In this document: one piece after another, positions 53,006 through 64,000 of the stretch
Layout: the number at the start of each line of letters is the position of its first letter
How positions within the stretch are numbered: position 1 is the stretch's first letter
NCBI GenBank assembly: GCA_964188305.1
Contig: OZ076890.1
Strand: one strand, 5' to 3'
Length of the DNA stretch: 64,000 nt
Source: Podarcis bocagei
Taxonomy: Eukaryota
Translations under genes and position numbers: made by a program
The notes under the pieces: generated by a model
Databases searched by the model: none
What the model was told of the DNA's origin: nothing
Seen by the model: the letters and a program-made list of their open reading frames with translations, nothing else

Positions 53006-54634
53006 GTAAACGGGGGCGGGATGGCGGGTGGGCCTGGAGGACCGAGGCGTATCCCCCCCCTGCTCCCCGGCCTGTTTTCGGGGGCCCTCCGGACTCATTG
53101 AATCGATCCTAGTTCGCCCCTTTACTCCTTTTATTCTCGCCCCCCCCCCGCATCCTCCTCACGCCGCTCTCTTGGTGGCGCATTTAACTGTGACGCAGTT
53201 CCTTTTGTGGGGTTCGCCCCATTGGCGCCTCGCGAAGCCCCGAGCCTCCCTCGGGAAAGGGAGCGGAGCGAGGCCAGCGGAGCCCCCGCGAACGAGGAAA
53301 GGGAGCGGCGCGGCGGAGAGCGGAGGGTAGCTCGGGTGAAGCGCCGCCGGGCCCTTTGAGGCCTGCTGTGGGGGCTTTGTGCGTCGCTGGCGACTGCTTA
53401 CATCTGCCGGGCCCCCTAGCGGCGGCGGCCGGGAACTGCAGCGGGTGGGGGACAACGGCGGCCATTGTGCGTGTGACGAAGCGAGGTGGGGGGGGGGAGA
53501 AAGAGGCTGCTTGGCGGCGGAGGCGCGTGCGCGGCTCCCTCTGTCTGGGGAAGGGGAGGAGGAGGGGAGTGGGAGCCACAATGGCTCTGGTGCTGCTGCC
53601 GCTGCTCCTCCCGCTCCGCCTCGCGCGCGCCCCCGACTCCTTTGTCCTCGAGGCCCACGAGGTGGGGGGGGGGAGGGCAGGCCTAAGGCCGCGTCTTCTT
53701 CTCGCCTTGGCTTCTCGGAAGCCTGTTTAAAATGAAGTTGCGCCTTCCCTCTGCCCGGTTTGGGGCGCGGTGGCGCTGCGCTAGAGCCGGCTCCCGAAGT
53801 AGGTCACGAAGCCGGCCGGGAAGGGGAAAGAGGAAGGAGCCACGTGACGCGGCCGGATTAGCGGCCGCCAGTGAAAGCCGAGCGCCGCTGCTTGTGTCGC
53901 TCCGGCCGTAAACCCCCCGGGGGGGGGCGGCGCTCCGTCTTCGCCAGGCCCGCTTGGGGGGCGGGGAGGAGGGAACGCTTTCCCCCAAGGCTCACCCGGC
54001 CGAGCGAGCCTGCCTTGTACAACTGCTAATAGCTCTGTCTGAAGGCCGCGCGAGATGATGTGCATCCATCTTAAGTTGAAAAAGGGGATTCTTAGATATA
54101 AATGGACTTTTTTATTAACCCCCCCTTCCGCAAACAAAATTCATTTTCACGAGTATATGAAAATATTCAGCAGCGGTATTTTTTACCTTGGTTGTATATA
54201 CCGCTTGGACAATCCTAAGGCCTAGCCCCTTTTTTCTTGACAGCTTCAGTAAAACTACACGAAGGCTAAGGTATACAGTGCAAGCTTAAGTTCCATTTTA
54301 TTTTTAAAAGCATTGGCATAAGTAGTTACGTTTGAGGAAAGGGGAATTTGGGTTGTAGTCTACTGTATTTTTGAATGCAAATATTAAGCATATTGGAAGA
54401 CAGCACTAAATTGAGGCCTTTGTCCATAATGTCACATGCTTTAAGTAAAACCAAAGTACGTTTTAAGGAGGTATGGTTTAAATTGACATTAAATTTTCAA
54501 CAGCAATATCAAAGCTATTCTGGTGTTTAAGGCTGAGAGCCTGCTAATTTACAATGTGAGATGAGATTAGAAATTATTTACTAGTTGAAGTATTTTCAAT
54601 TAATCAGGTTGAATGACTATTCTTTTTTAAAAAG

Positions 54635-54692
54635 TTTGCTGGTCTAGACTTGAATTCTTCAGACGATCAGAGTGGAGGAGGTACAGCAAGCA
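54635..54692 (+). CDS. DDX3X: DDX3X exon 2 (FAGLDLNSSDDQSGGGTAS); completes the NES
   Basis: Splice sites; peptide. Confidence 0.96.
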
Positions 54693-55670
54693 GTAAGTAT
54701 ATAATTCAGAATTAAAGCATCTTACTGCAGCTAGTAGAGAATATTTGATGGCATGTTTGTCCAGTACAATAGTAGAAAAATGGCAGATTTTGATGCTTGA
54801 GAGAGCAGATCTATGGCATCCTGCAAGTACTGTAATTGTAGACTACTAAATCTCATTGGTTTTCTGTGTAAATCAGTTACACCTAAATCTGTTGTACATT
54901 ACATATTACCATGCTAGAAACTTGCCTTTAAAATGAATGTTAAGAACCTTAAATTGGGTGCCTGCTTAATCAATTAATTGCAGACCTTAAAGGAGTAGAC
55001 TGCAAGTTGCATACAGTTTTGGTGCACAATAGTATGAGCATGGTATCAAAAGGGATTTAGTGATTGTGTTACTCAAGAGTACATAAATTGTTTCATCTGC
55101 TAAAACAGGGTATGTATTCATTTCCTATAGTGAGGCAGCAGCACATTCCAGTTATTGTTGTTACTATTATGTATTAAATTTGTGTATTGTCTGAGAATAC
55201 AAAATACATTAGAAAACAAAGCAAACTAATAACCCACTTCCCACAAACACATTTTGAAAGCCATAGAATGTTAATTAGCCAAATGCCTGCTTGAAGAGCA
55301 AAGTTTTCGTTTGGCACCTTTATTACATACATTTAGGTGTCCCTAGGGGAGAGCATTCCACAAATGGGGAACCACCATCCAAAAGGCTCGTTCTCGTGTT
55401 GCCACCCTTTGGTTGTTTGCATATTTATAACAATGAAAATGCTTGGGAAGGGGTGCTATATGTTTAGACTAAATGCTTAAGCATGAAGTACTTAAACACT
55501 TCTTAATGTGCATGTTGGTTTGGTTTTTTGTAAGTTATTTAAAGTTGGTATAGCAAAAAATGACCAAGTTTAATCAATAAACAAAATAAGGTGTTAATAT
55601 TATTGGTAATAAAAGAGCAACAGACCTTGCTGCATAGAGTTTTAATCTGAAACTTTTTTCCAACTTTCAG

Positions 55671-55721
55671 AAGGCCGGTACATTCCTCCTCACTTACGGA
55701 ATAGAGAAGCTTCAAAGCAGG
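55671..55721 (+). CDS. DDX3X: DDX3X exon 3 (KGRYIPPHLRNREASKQ), eIF4E-binding motif
   Basis: YIPPHLR motif; splice sites. Confidence 0.96.
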
Positions 55722-57607
55722 GTATGTTCGTTGGTACTTGAATATATAGAACATCAGGGTTAAAAAAATAGGCTCACAAATGAATTGAACTGCAAGAACC
55801 TGAAAATGTTTGGTGCTCAGATTCAGGGAGATTTGGTACAAGGGGTTGGACATATGAGTACCTAGGCTTTTGAAAGTAGGGAAAGGTATTAAGAGTGCAC
55901 ACTTAAGTAACACCTTATTAAGTCTGTGGCAAAAATTAGATTCCCTCATTCTACAGTGGGTATGGGGAAGATTTGGGATCAATGTAGTTAGCTAGGCAAG
56001 TCTAAGTAAGCTGCTGATTGATGAGCTGTATATTTGGCTTGAGTAATAAAGCTACTGAAGTAACAGTGCAATCTGTTGTAAAATGTAGTGCTTGCATCCA
56101 AGCAGAATAAGATAATGGTTTGCTCATTTTGAAAGTTATGGTAATCATGGAGTCAGGCAGTGATTCCTGTATTGAAATGTCCACTCCATTATCAGAGTCT
56201 GTGTCAATAAAGAATGTGTAAGGGAGTGGCCCACACACATTATGAAAATGTAAAATAAATCGTGACTGTATACCCGTACCATCATCTTGATTGACACTGG
56301 AAGCAATTTTCAGTAGTTCCTGTATACCCTCTAAATCTGCTGTGGAAGTTTCCTTAAACCTCTGGAGATCTAGGAAGGATGTGGTGGGATGTAGAGCTGA
56401 TGGAGTACTGGTGAAGATCCTCCACATTCTACTAATGGAAGCCTTACGGTCAGCTCATTGACATTTTTTTGTTTTCATAGCTTGGTACAATCCGTTCTAA
56501 TAAGTTGGTGGCTATACCATGCCCTGAAAAACCCTATGTGTAGCCTGTAACCATCAAGCCTGTTTATGGGGAAGTTTGAACACAGAGCTTTGTCCAAGGA
56601 TTCTTGAGCTTTAAGCTGTTGGTTGATTAAGCTCTTAATCTCCTGCTAAATTGCATCATGATACTCTAAAAATTCAACCCTCCAATGCTATAGGGGAATA
56701 TGCTGCATTAATAGTGTCTGATCAACTACTAAACTTGGGCTGCAATCCAATACTCATTTACCTGGGAGCAAGTTAGTGTTTTACTCCATGTGGCTTAATT
56801 CAAATAGGATTGAAGTGCTGGAGAACATCAGGTCTCACCCCTCTCCCAACCTGTGACAGCTTGTCTTGGATGCCTCTGCAAAAATTACCTTGCTTGTGGA
56901 CTGGCAGGGAGGCACCAAGAATACTTTTCTAGAGAATACTTTTTACTTTCAATTGTGATCTTTCAGCATTTTAGCTTAAATCGGCTTCATGGGTAAAAGC
57001 CAGAAACTAATTTACTGTGACTATAAATCGGTTTGTTGGTAAGTAGCTCTCCAAGTTAATAGAGGTCTCTCCCTACTTTGCTGCTAGAAGTCTTTAAAAA
57101 TAGGTGTGAGAACCTATGGCCTTCCATATATTGACTGGTCTACAACTCTGGCCATTCTTGGCTGAAGGGGATAGGAGTTGCAAGTCCAGCATCTTCTGGG
57201 ATGCAGGTTTCCAAGCCCACTTTAAATATCTACAGATTGAATATTGTAGATAGGATCTCTGCACAGTTCAGCAAAGCGGTCTGGAAGTGCTACTGAATTT
57301 GGGAGCAGGGAAATAATGTACAGATACTACTTTTGCAAGTATTCTAACTGCTAGATAGGAAAGTTTAGGTATAGGGTGCTTATTGTCAGGACAACTGACT
57401 CTGCCCACTTCGTTGCTCAACTGATAGAAGTTGTGAATAGTGGCAGAACAAGGCATAAGATGAAGCTTGTTCAAATTCACAGATTCTAATTTCTATTCGA
57501 AACTAACAGCTCTTTGCAAGAAAACTCAGTTGTATTGGGGCTAACAAATACTGAATGGCATTGATATCCAGCTATTTGTAGTTGTCCTTACCCCTTCTCT
57601 CGTGTAG

Positions 57608-57679
57608 GTATGGATACTGTAAAGACCAATAGAGTTGTTGTATCGCAAATCCACAGAAGCTCTTATCGCAGTTGGTCAA
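57608..57679 (+). CDS. DDX3X: Candidate DDX3X cassette exon (GMDTVKTNRVVVSQIHRSSYRSWS), 72 nt
   Basis: Polypyrimidine+tag acceptor, |gtatgt donor, phase 1-1, open frame. Confidence 0.4.
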
Positions 57680-58431
57680 GTATGTCACAAGTTCCTTTAT
57701 TTTTGCAACAGACTGATACAGGTGCCTGTGCCCATTTGGAAGTTGTTGCCTCACAAGGACATGCTTAGAAACATTGAAGAGTGATTCCTGCTGCTTCCAA
57801 GGACTACCCAACACAAGATAGGATGAACCTTTCCCAGGGGAAAGCTTATTCACTCTCATACACATGTGGTTCATTCTGAGTTCCTCTCAGTAGATCCATA
57901 GAAATTAATGGACCTAAGTTAGCCATGTTTGTTTATTTCAGTGGGTCTACTATGAGTAGGACTAGGACACAACCCTTAAACGCAGCTGTACAAATTATTG
58001 AGTGTGACGTTGCACAATACCTGTTGAATCAGATGCATTGCCCTTTTCTTGAGGGAAAGGACTCCTTGTGTTGGACTGTTTGGAGCTGTTGAGAGTTTAT
58101 CTTGGCTTCTCAGGGTGTCTTGACCTGGTGAGAGGCTGGCTCCTGCCATTCCTAAGTCCTCTGTACGTGTGCTTTGGCAGCAGGACGGGGTTCCCCTATC
58201 CTGGTCACCAGGAGGCAAGAGAGTGCTCTTGTTCCCCTTCCCTCTCCGCCAAAGGTGAGCTGGTGAGTGATTGTAAATGTGGAAGCCTGGAAAGTTGACA
58301 TCTTCACACGGATATTTTGAGTAAAATATCTTTTACAGGTTGAAGAAATTCTACTGTACCATTATATTGAGTTTTTATGCATTTGAACTGGATTGAATTA
58401 TAATGCTGGGAGTTTTATGGCTCTTTTGCAG

Positions 58432-58491
58432 CAGGTAATGCCTATAACTATGCAGCAAACTACTATTCCAATTCGATGCCACCAAGAAGCT
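58432..58491 (+). CDS. DDX3X: Candidate DDX3X cassette exon (AGNAYNYAANYYSNSMPPRS), 60 nt, NAGNAG acceptor
   Basis: cttttgcag|CAG... T|gtaagt; phase 1-1; Y/N-rich low-complexity peptide. Confidence 0.65.
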
Positions 58492-58668
58492 GTAAGTTGG
58501 TGTCAGGATGGAGTGGTCTTAAAAAATTGTCATTTGAGAGCATGCCTCTAAGCATATTGCATAGTTATAACTTGCAGTCAACTAACAGTGTGAGCATTTG
58601 TTCCTTTACGCTCATTGTCAGGCATGCTTCCTTTGCCTGCAACTTAACTTTTTTAGGATTAATTTGAA

Positions 58669-58859
58669 TACAGTAAACCCACAACTTACACACAGTTAGC
58701 ATTCAGCTTTACATGTGTGGCAAAAAATAAAAAGGGAGCGGGGTTCAAGAAAATATTTATTTGGAAATCCCACCCGCTATTGAACCCAATGTGTTTTGAA
58801 TTTGGCTTTAGGTGCAATCCCTGGAACGTAAATTCTGCATAAGTTGCGGGTTTAATCTA
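58669..58859. mobile_element. Tigger-like MITE (same family as 9143-9372)
   Basis: cagtaaacccacaactta / taagttgcgggttt TIRs. Confidence 0.65.
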
Positions 58860-61725
58860 CTGGCTTGCTGTGTTTAAGGAAAACTACACATTAAGGAAAC
58901 TACAACTTCAGTTGCACTTTGTACCTGAGCAAGCTTTTGTTTCTTCTAATGGATAGACTGAAAAATACAAGGAAAGGTTTCCAATTCTGCACCTTATAAA
59001 ATTTAAACCCACAACAATCCTAATACTCAGGTCTTGGCAAGTGCTGGAATTGTGGTTTTTTTTGGATCTTCAGATTTATTAAACATGGCATAAAAGAAGC
59101 TGGCCCACAAGACACTTGAAAGTTACCAAGCCTTTTTAGTGCTAATTTTCTAGCATGTTTACCATGCCCCACAGTTTTAGTTACATGTTGAAGCTAAACA
59201 GTGTGCAGTGCTGTCTGGTGTGAGTAAGATATAAGAAGAGCCCTTCTGGATCGGTGGAAACGCCCATCCAGTCCAGCATCCTGCTCTCACACTGGCCAAC
59301 CTAATGCCTATGCGAAGCCAACAAGGAGAATTCTAGTTCTTTCCTCTTGAATACAGTACTTGGAGGTAGTAAATAGCTACTGTAACTAGTAGCCATTAAT
59401 AACCATTCTATTTGGATATAGAATTTTAGACACCTAATAAAATCTTTTTAAATATGGAAGGAAATACACAATATACTCTGAACTTAAATATTAATAATTT
59501 ATTTTCCTTAATTAGTGGAGGGGTTGTGTGCTTAATCCTATTTACAGAATTTCCCAATTTAAAAAATCTATGAACTTCTCCCCTGAGCCCTTGGACAGGT
59601 TCTCTAAGCAGGTTCACAGAACTTCTATAAGTTTACATATTAGCATAATGTACTACATCTTTGAAAACTATTATTCCAACAGATGTCATGTTGCTTTTTT
59701 CAGTTCTTTTGCATTTTGGTTGCTTATAGGTTGGATAAGTAATTGAAATATTTAGAATAGATTGTTCTAGGTAATTTAGTAGAACTTGGCATTTGGAAAT
59801 CTGTCACAAACTTCAGGTTTTTGGAATGTTAAAGAATAACAATTAGATGGAGCAGAATCTTACTTCATCCAGTCTAGAGATGTAAAATCTTTTTAACAGC
59901 GAACAAACAATTTTTCTAGAACTTCTTAAAAAAATGAAATACATGTACAGTAAATTGTTAATTACAGAAAGTATAAATGTTAGGGTGCTGTCCAACTCCC
60001 TAATCTACTGTGGTGGCAGGGGGCTCACTCTAGTGAGTCCAGATCAATCTGCTCCCTATTCGCCCACTGAAAATGTTCACTGGTAGGAGTACTGCCAGCA
60101 AGCTTCACTCCACCATCTCATAAAAAGTCCCCAACTGGGGAGGGATCAGGGTAATTCAGCTGGCCTGGGATCCTGAGCTGACCCCACTGTTGTCAATTGA
60201 TTGCATTGGTCCTGATAGCTACAACAACTCTGCTCTTGCCTTCCAACCTGACCAGAGTGAGTGACAGTGCTGTGGGTGTGGCAGTGGCTCTGCTAAACCC
60301 TGCAGCTGCCTGGACAGAGGTTCGATTGGTCTGCTAGTCAGACAAATAAATTCAGCATCTTGGAAGTACCAAACGTGTCTCAGTGGAAGGATCTTGTAGT
60401 GAACAGAAACCTTGTAGTGAACAATATTCTTACTAGGGCTTAGGTAGTTAGGATCATCTAGGAATTGAAGAATCAATACAACCCCCTAAGGTAACAGTGG
60501 GATAGTTTGGATATCATGCTAAATCACAGTCAAGTGTGATGCAAGCAAGCCTTGGACTCGTACACTTCCTTCTTGTGCTTCCTTTGGTGTGCAGCCATCA
60601 ACAGGAGTTAAGAATTCTTTTCTGTTAAGTGCAGTTTGTTATGTCCAAATTGACAAGCCTGTTAATGCTAATTCTGGTTTCAACTTGGCTTGTTGCAAAT
60701 GGTTCTGTAGTTAATATTCACCAGTTTGTCAGTTTGGACATCTAGCATTGATATCAATCTTTTTGGGCTATCGGGCACATTTGGAACGATGAGAGTTCTG
60801 TGGGCGTCACCACCTCTGGTTGCTTCTTTCTCATCTCTTTCCATCTCCCCCTGCAGACAGAAAGCACACGTTTTTGACTTGAGTAAACATTGGATCCTGT
60901 AGAAATAAGATACCCCAAAAATGACCATGAGAATAAAGCTTGCAGTGCGAGACTGCACAGTAAAAAATGCAGATCTGATGCTTCCCACTATCACAAACAT
61001 ATCAATGGCACAAATTCTAATGGATGTCCTCCAGAGTACCACAGTGGCCACCCCAGGCATAACAAGTTGTGGTCAAGCACAAATATAAGTTGAAGCCTTC
61101 AAGAACTCCTTGTTGGCGTGTCAAGGAAAGTGTGGGAGCCCAAGGCTCACCAAGGTTCATTTGCATCACTAAACTGGCTTAGATTCAAACATCATTTTAT
61201 GAACTTTATACTGCAATCTGCTCTTACTAGGAAGCAGGATTTGTAATCAAAATAATACAACACTCATCGTTGACTGGTCTGTCATTCCATTCATAATAAA
61301 ATATATATTTGCCAAGTTTAGCACAGGATCTTGAATCTTGCTTCAGTCGGTTTGACTAGCTTTCTTTAGGACATGCTTCTGTTTTCAGCATGGCAGCGAG
61401 CATTGATGCACAAAACTAATACACATACGAATCACTGCATTAGTTTTTTTTTAAAAAAAATAATCTCTTGGCTCAACTAAATACACAACTTTCCATAAAA
61501 CCTGGTTTGCAGCTTTGTAAAGTGGCTTACAATGCAGCATCCATGTCAGGTGAAGGCTTGCATCTCTAATCAAGAATTTAGGCCCAACACTACTCTGCTT
61601 TCCCCAGAAAGGAGCCTTTCATGTAAATTTCTGGCAGCAAAAGTCGCACTGAGGCTGTGGAGCTTGCAAAAACTTGCTAGCGCATTTTACCCTTTAATTT
61701 TGTAACTTTTTATTCTCTGCCAAAG

Positions 61726-61857
61726 ATTCCCCCAGCTGGGACTCTCGTGGAGGTAATGGCTATATGAATGGATATGATCGTGACAGCCGGATGAATGGCT
61801 ACGATCGTGATCGTGGTGTGTTTGGATCCAGAGGAGGATCTGGACGTGATGACAGAG
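61726..61857 (+). CDS. DDX3X: DDX3X RG/RD-rich cassette exon (DSPSWDSRGGNGYMNGYDRDSRMNGYDRDRGVFGSRGGSGRDDR), 132 nt
   Basis: Strong acceptor, AG|gtgggc donor, phase 1-1; resembles the Xenopus An3/fish Ddx3 N-terminal insert (from memory). Confidence 0.88.
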
Positions 61858-62829
61858 GTGGGCGAGGGAGACCTGGCACCTTTCATCCAACAAAACTTGA
61901 GTGTCCACTGCTGCTCTTGGCAATAAAGACAGCTTCTTTCTAGAGAGCTTAGATCAGGTTATAGTAGCACAGGTTGAGACTTCTTAGGGGAGTTTGAGGC
62001 TTTGTTTATCAAGTGCCATTTGCAGAGCTGTTTTGCCCTCAGCTGGAAAGCTACAGAATTAGTACTCATTCTCTTTGGTTACTTGAATTTGGATCCCGGA
62101 GCCTTAATTACAGTTACAGCTACAGGATACTACCGTAGAATTCTGGAGTTGTACAGTTATCCAAATAAAACAGTCATACGAATGTCTCAAGAACAGTGAA
62201 GCTTCTCACTGAGTGGCCTCATTATACCAGTTACCACCGACTCCAGATTTTTCCTGTCAGGAAATACCATCAGTCTCCAGGTCTTTTCACTGCTTTCTGT
62301 TTCATCATCTTTGCTTCAGTGTACCTGTGGACACATTGATGGACTCCGGGAAGGTCTCGTTTTCAGCCCAGGTTGCCATTTTTTTTCTTGAGACAAATTA
62401 ATTGTAACTACAATTAAGATAATGACATAATTTTTGGAAGTGGTTCACGAAAGGTTGCCTAATGGCCATTCTCTACTACAACGCCATGGGCGCAAAAGTA
62501 GGCAGGGTCCTAATGGACATTTCTAGGCTTTGCTTTTGGGGTTTGCTGCAGTTCGAGAGAATCATCGGCTGCTGCCTCTTGAATATAATTTGCTACATGA
62601 TCACCCTGGACCAGCTTTTTAAACGCTGCCATCTTGCAATATTGGCAGTAAAACACCTGATTTCAGTGCCTTTTCTTGATTTAAAATGTGCAATAAAATA
62701 TGGGAATTTCTCTTAAGACAGGCTGCTAATTACTCAAACATTTTCATGGTGATGGTTTGAGGGATTTTGTATCTTTACAGTGAGCATCTACACAATCAGT
62801 GATTTCATTGGTGATTTTATTATTCCTAG

Positions 62830-62956
62830 GATTTGATGGTGGGTGGAATGCTGGCAGAGACAGGGATGCTGCATACAGTAGCTTTGGTGCAAGGAGTGAC
62901 CGTGGATCAGGAAAATCAAGCTTCTTTGCTGAGCGTGGTAATGGTTCAAGAGGAAG
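62830..62956 (+). CDS. DDX3X: DDX3X canonical exon 4 (GFDGGWNAGRDRDAAYSSFGARSDRGSGKSSFFAERGNGSRGR)
   Basis: AYSSFG/KSSFF motifs; splice sites. Confidence 0.95.
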
Positions 62957-63737
62957 GTAAAAATGTAGCTCTTTTCCCATTAAAAATGTGAATGCCACCA
63001 CTGTTAAACATTCAGTAATCTGTAGAAATAGGGGAGAACTGACCAAGGTTAAGACATGTGTTTTTTGTGTTGAAAGCCTGCTTTGTAGCTCTTAGGCTTG
63101 CATTGACTGTAGCATGTTAATTTTTATGTGTATAGGGCTACCCTCTCATTTCCACCAACTTACTGCTGTAGGACTTCTAAAGTTTACATCCACATAATAG
63201 AAGTCCTTGTGCCTTCTTAGCATTAGCACATATGCCCCAGCAGAAAGACAGGGGAATGACAATTTAGAGCAACTGTGCAGTTATGGCATATATCTGGGAT
63301 TGGAAGGAGCTCTTTCAGTAAGCTTTCTCCTTGTTTGATGAAGGACCAGGAGGCTGGGGCGTTCAGGGGATGTGGCAGAATTGTGTTGTGAGAGCAGTAG
63401 AGGAGTTAAATGATCGTCCAATTCCCAACGTTGATTAAAATGCAATCTGAACAATTAAATGCCTCTACCTGGCAGGTGTGCCACCTCAAATTTCATTGGT
63501 ATTCTGTCCACATGCCTCATATATATGAGACAGTTGAAATATTGGGGTAATACATCCTTCTCAAGGGGATGTCAAATCTTGGGAAATAGATAGCGGTGGT
63601 GTTATACTGATTTATTGTTTAATTATATCATGAAATACTTTGAAGCTGCCTAGCAGCCAGGCAGCTTCATTAGTGTGTTTAGTACATCACATCACAGAAA
63701 CTGTCATGAAAACTGGTTTTAGTGTAATTTCATGTAA

Positions 63738-63914
<177 letters not shown>

Positions 63915-64000
63915 TAAGTACTAGCAGTGGGATCTGGTGGTCTGTAAGTCAGGTATTCAGTGCTGTGTGATGGTACATTGAATGTTTATCTTCTAGGGAG

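Noticed and set aside
53028-54137. Many overlapping 80-140 aa ORFs in DDX3X intron 1, and similar ones at 33275-34070 and 50158-50692
   Set aside because: GC-rich CpG-island or transposon sequence is poor in stop codons; low-complexity translations with no recognisable domain.
59548-59598. Acceptor (cttaat...tttacag) leading to an early stop in DDX3X intron 3
   Set aside because: Only weak donors (gttctc, gttcac) follow; such acceptors are common in AT-rich introns.

Overview
Vertebrate genomic DNA, most likely a lacertid-type lizard judging by the Sauria/Squam SINE families. It holds three intron-containing housekeeping genes: the last 15 coding exons and 3'UTR of USP9X (+, 554-16262, catalytic USP domain to stop), a complete RPL8/uL2 gene (-, 28033-~33665, 5'TOP start, one GC-AG intron) and the promoter plus first coding exons of DDX3X (+, from 52961, running off the window). 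Between them lie SINEs, L2/RTE/L1 fragments and many hAT and Tc1/mariner MITEs. A 188-N gap sits in the USP9X 3'UTR. The most interesting signals are in splicing. (1) DDX3X intron 3 carries up to three frame-preserving cassette exons that would lengthen the N-terminal disordered region. One of them makes a stop codon at the junction (T|GA) if joined straight to canonical exon 4, but reads Tyr (T|AT) if joined to the RG/RD-rich cassette, a possible splice AND-gate coupled to NMD. (2) The last USP9X intron holds two candidate microexons: a 6-nt Leu-Ala exon, and an 11-nt exon that makes TG|A and a truncated C-terminus. (3) RPL8 lies between USP9X and DDX3X, unlike human. All calls come from reading the sequence by hand; homology statements are from memory and were not searched.
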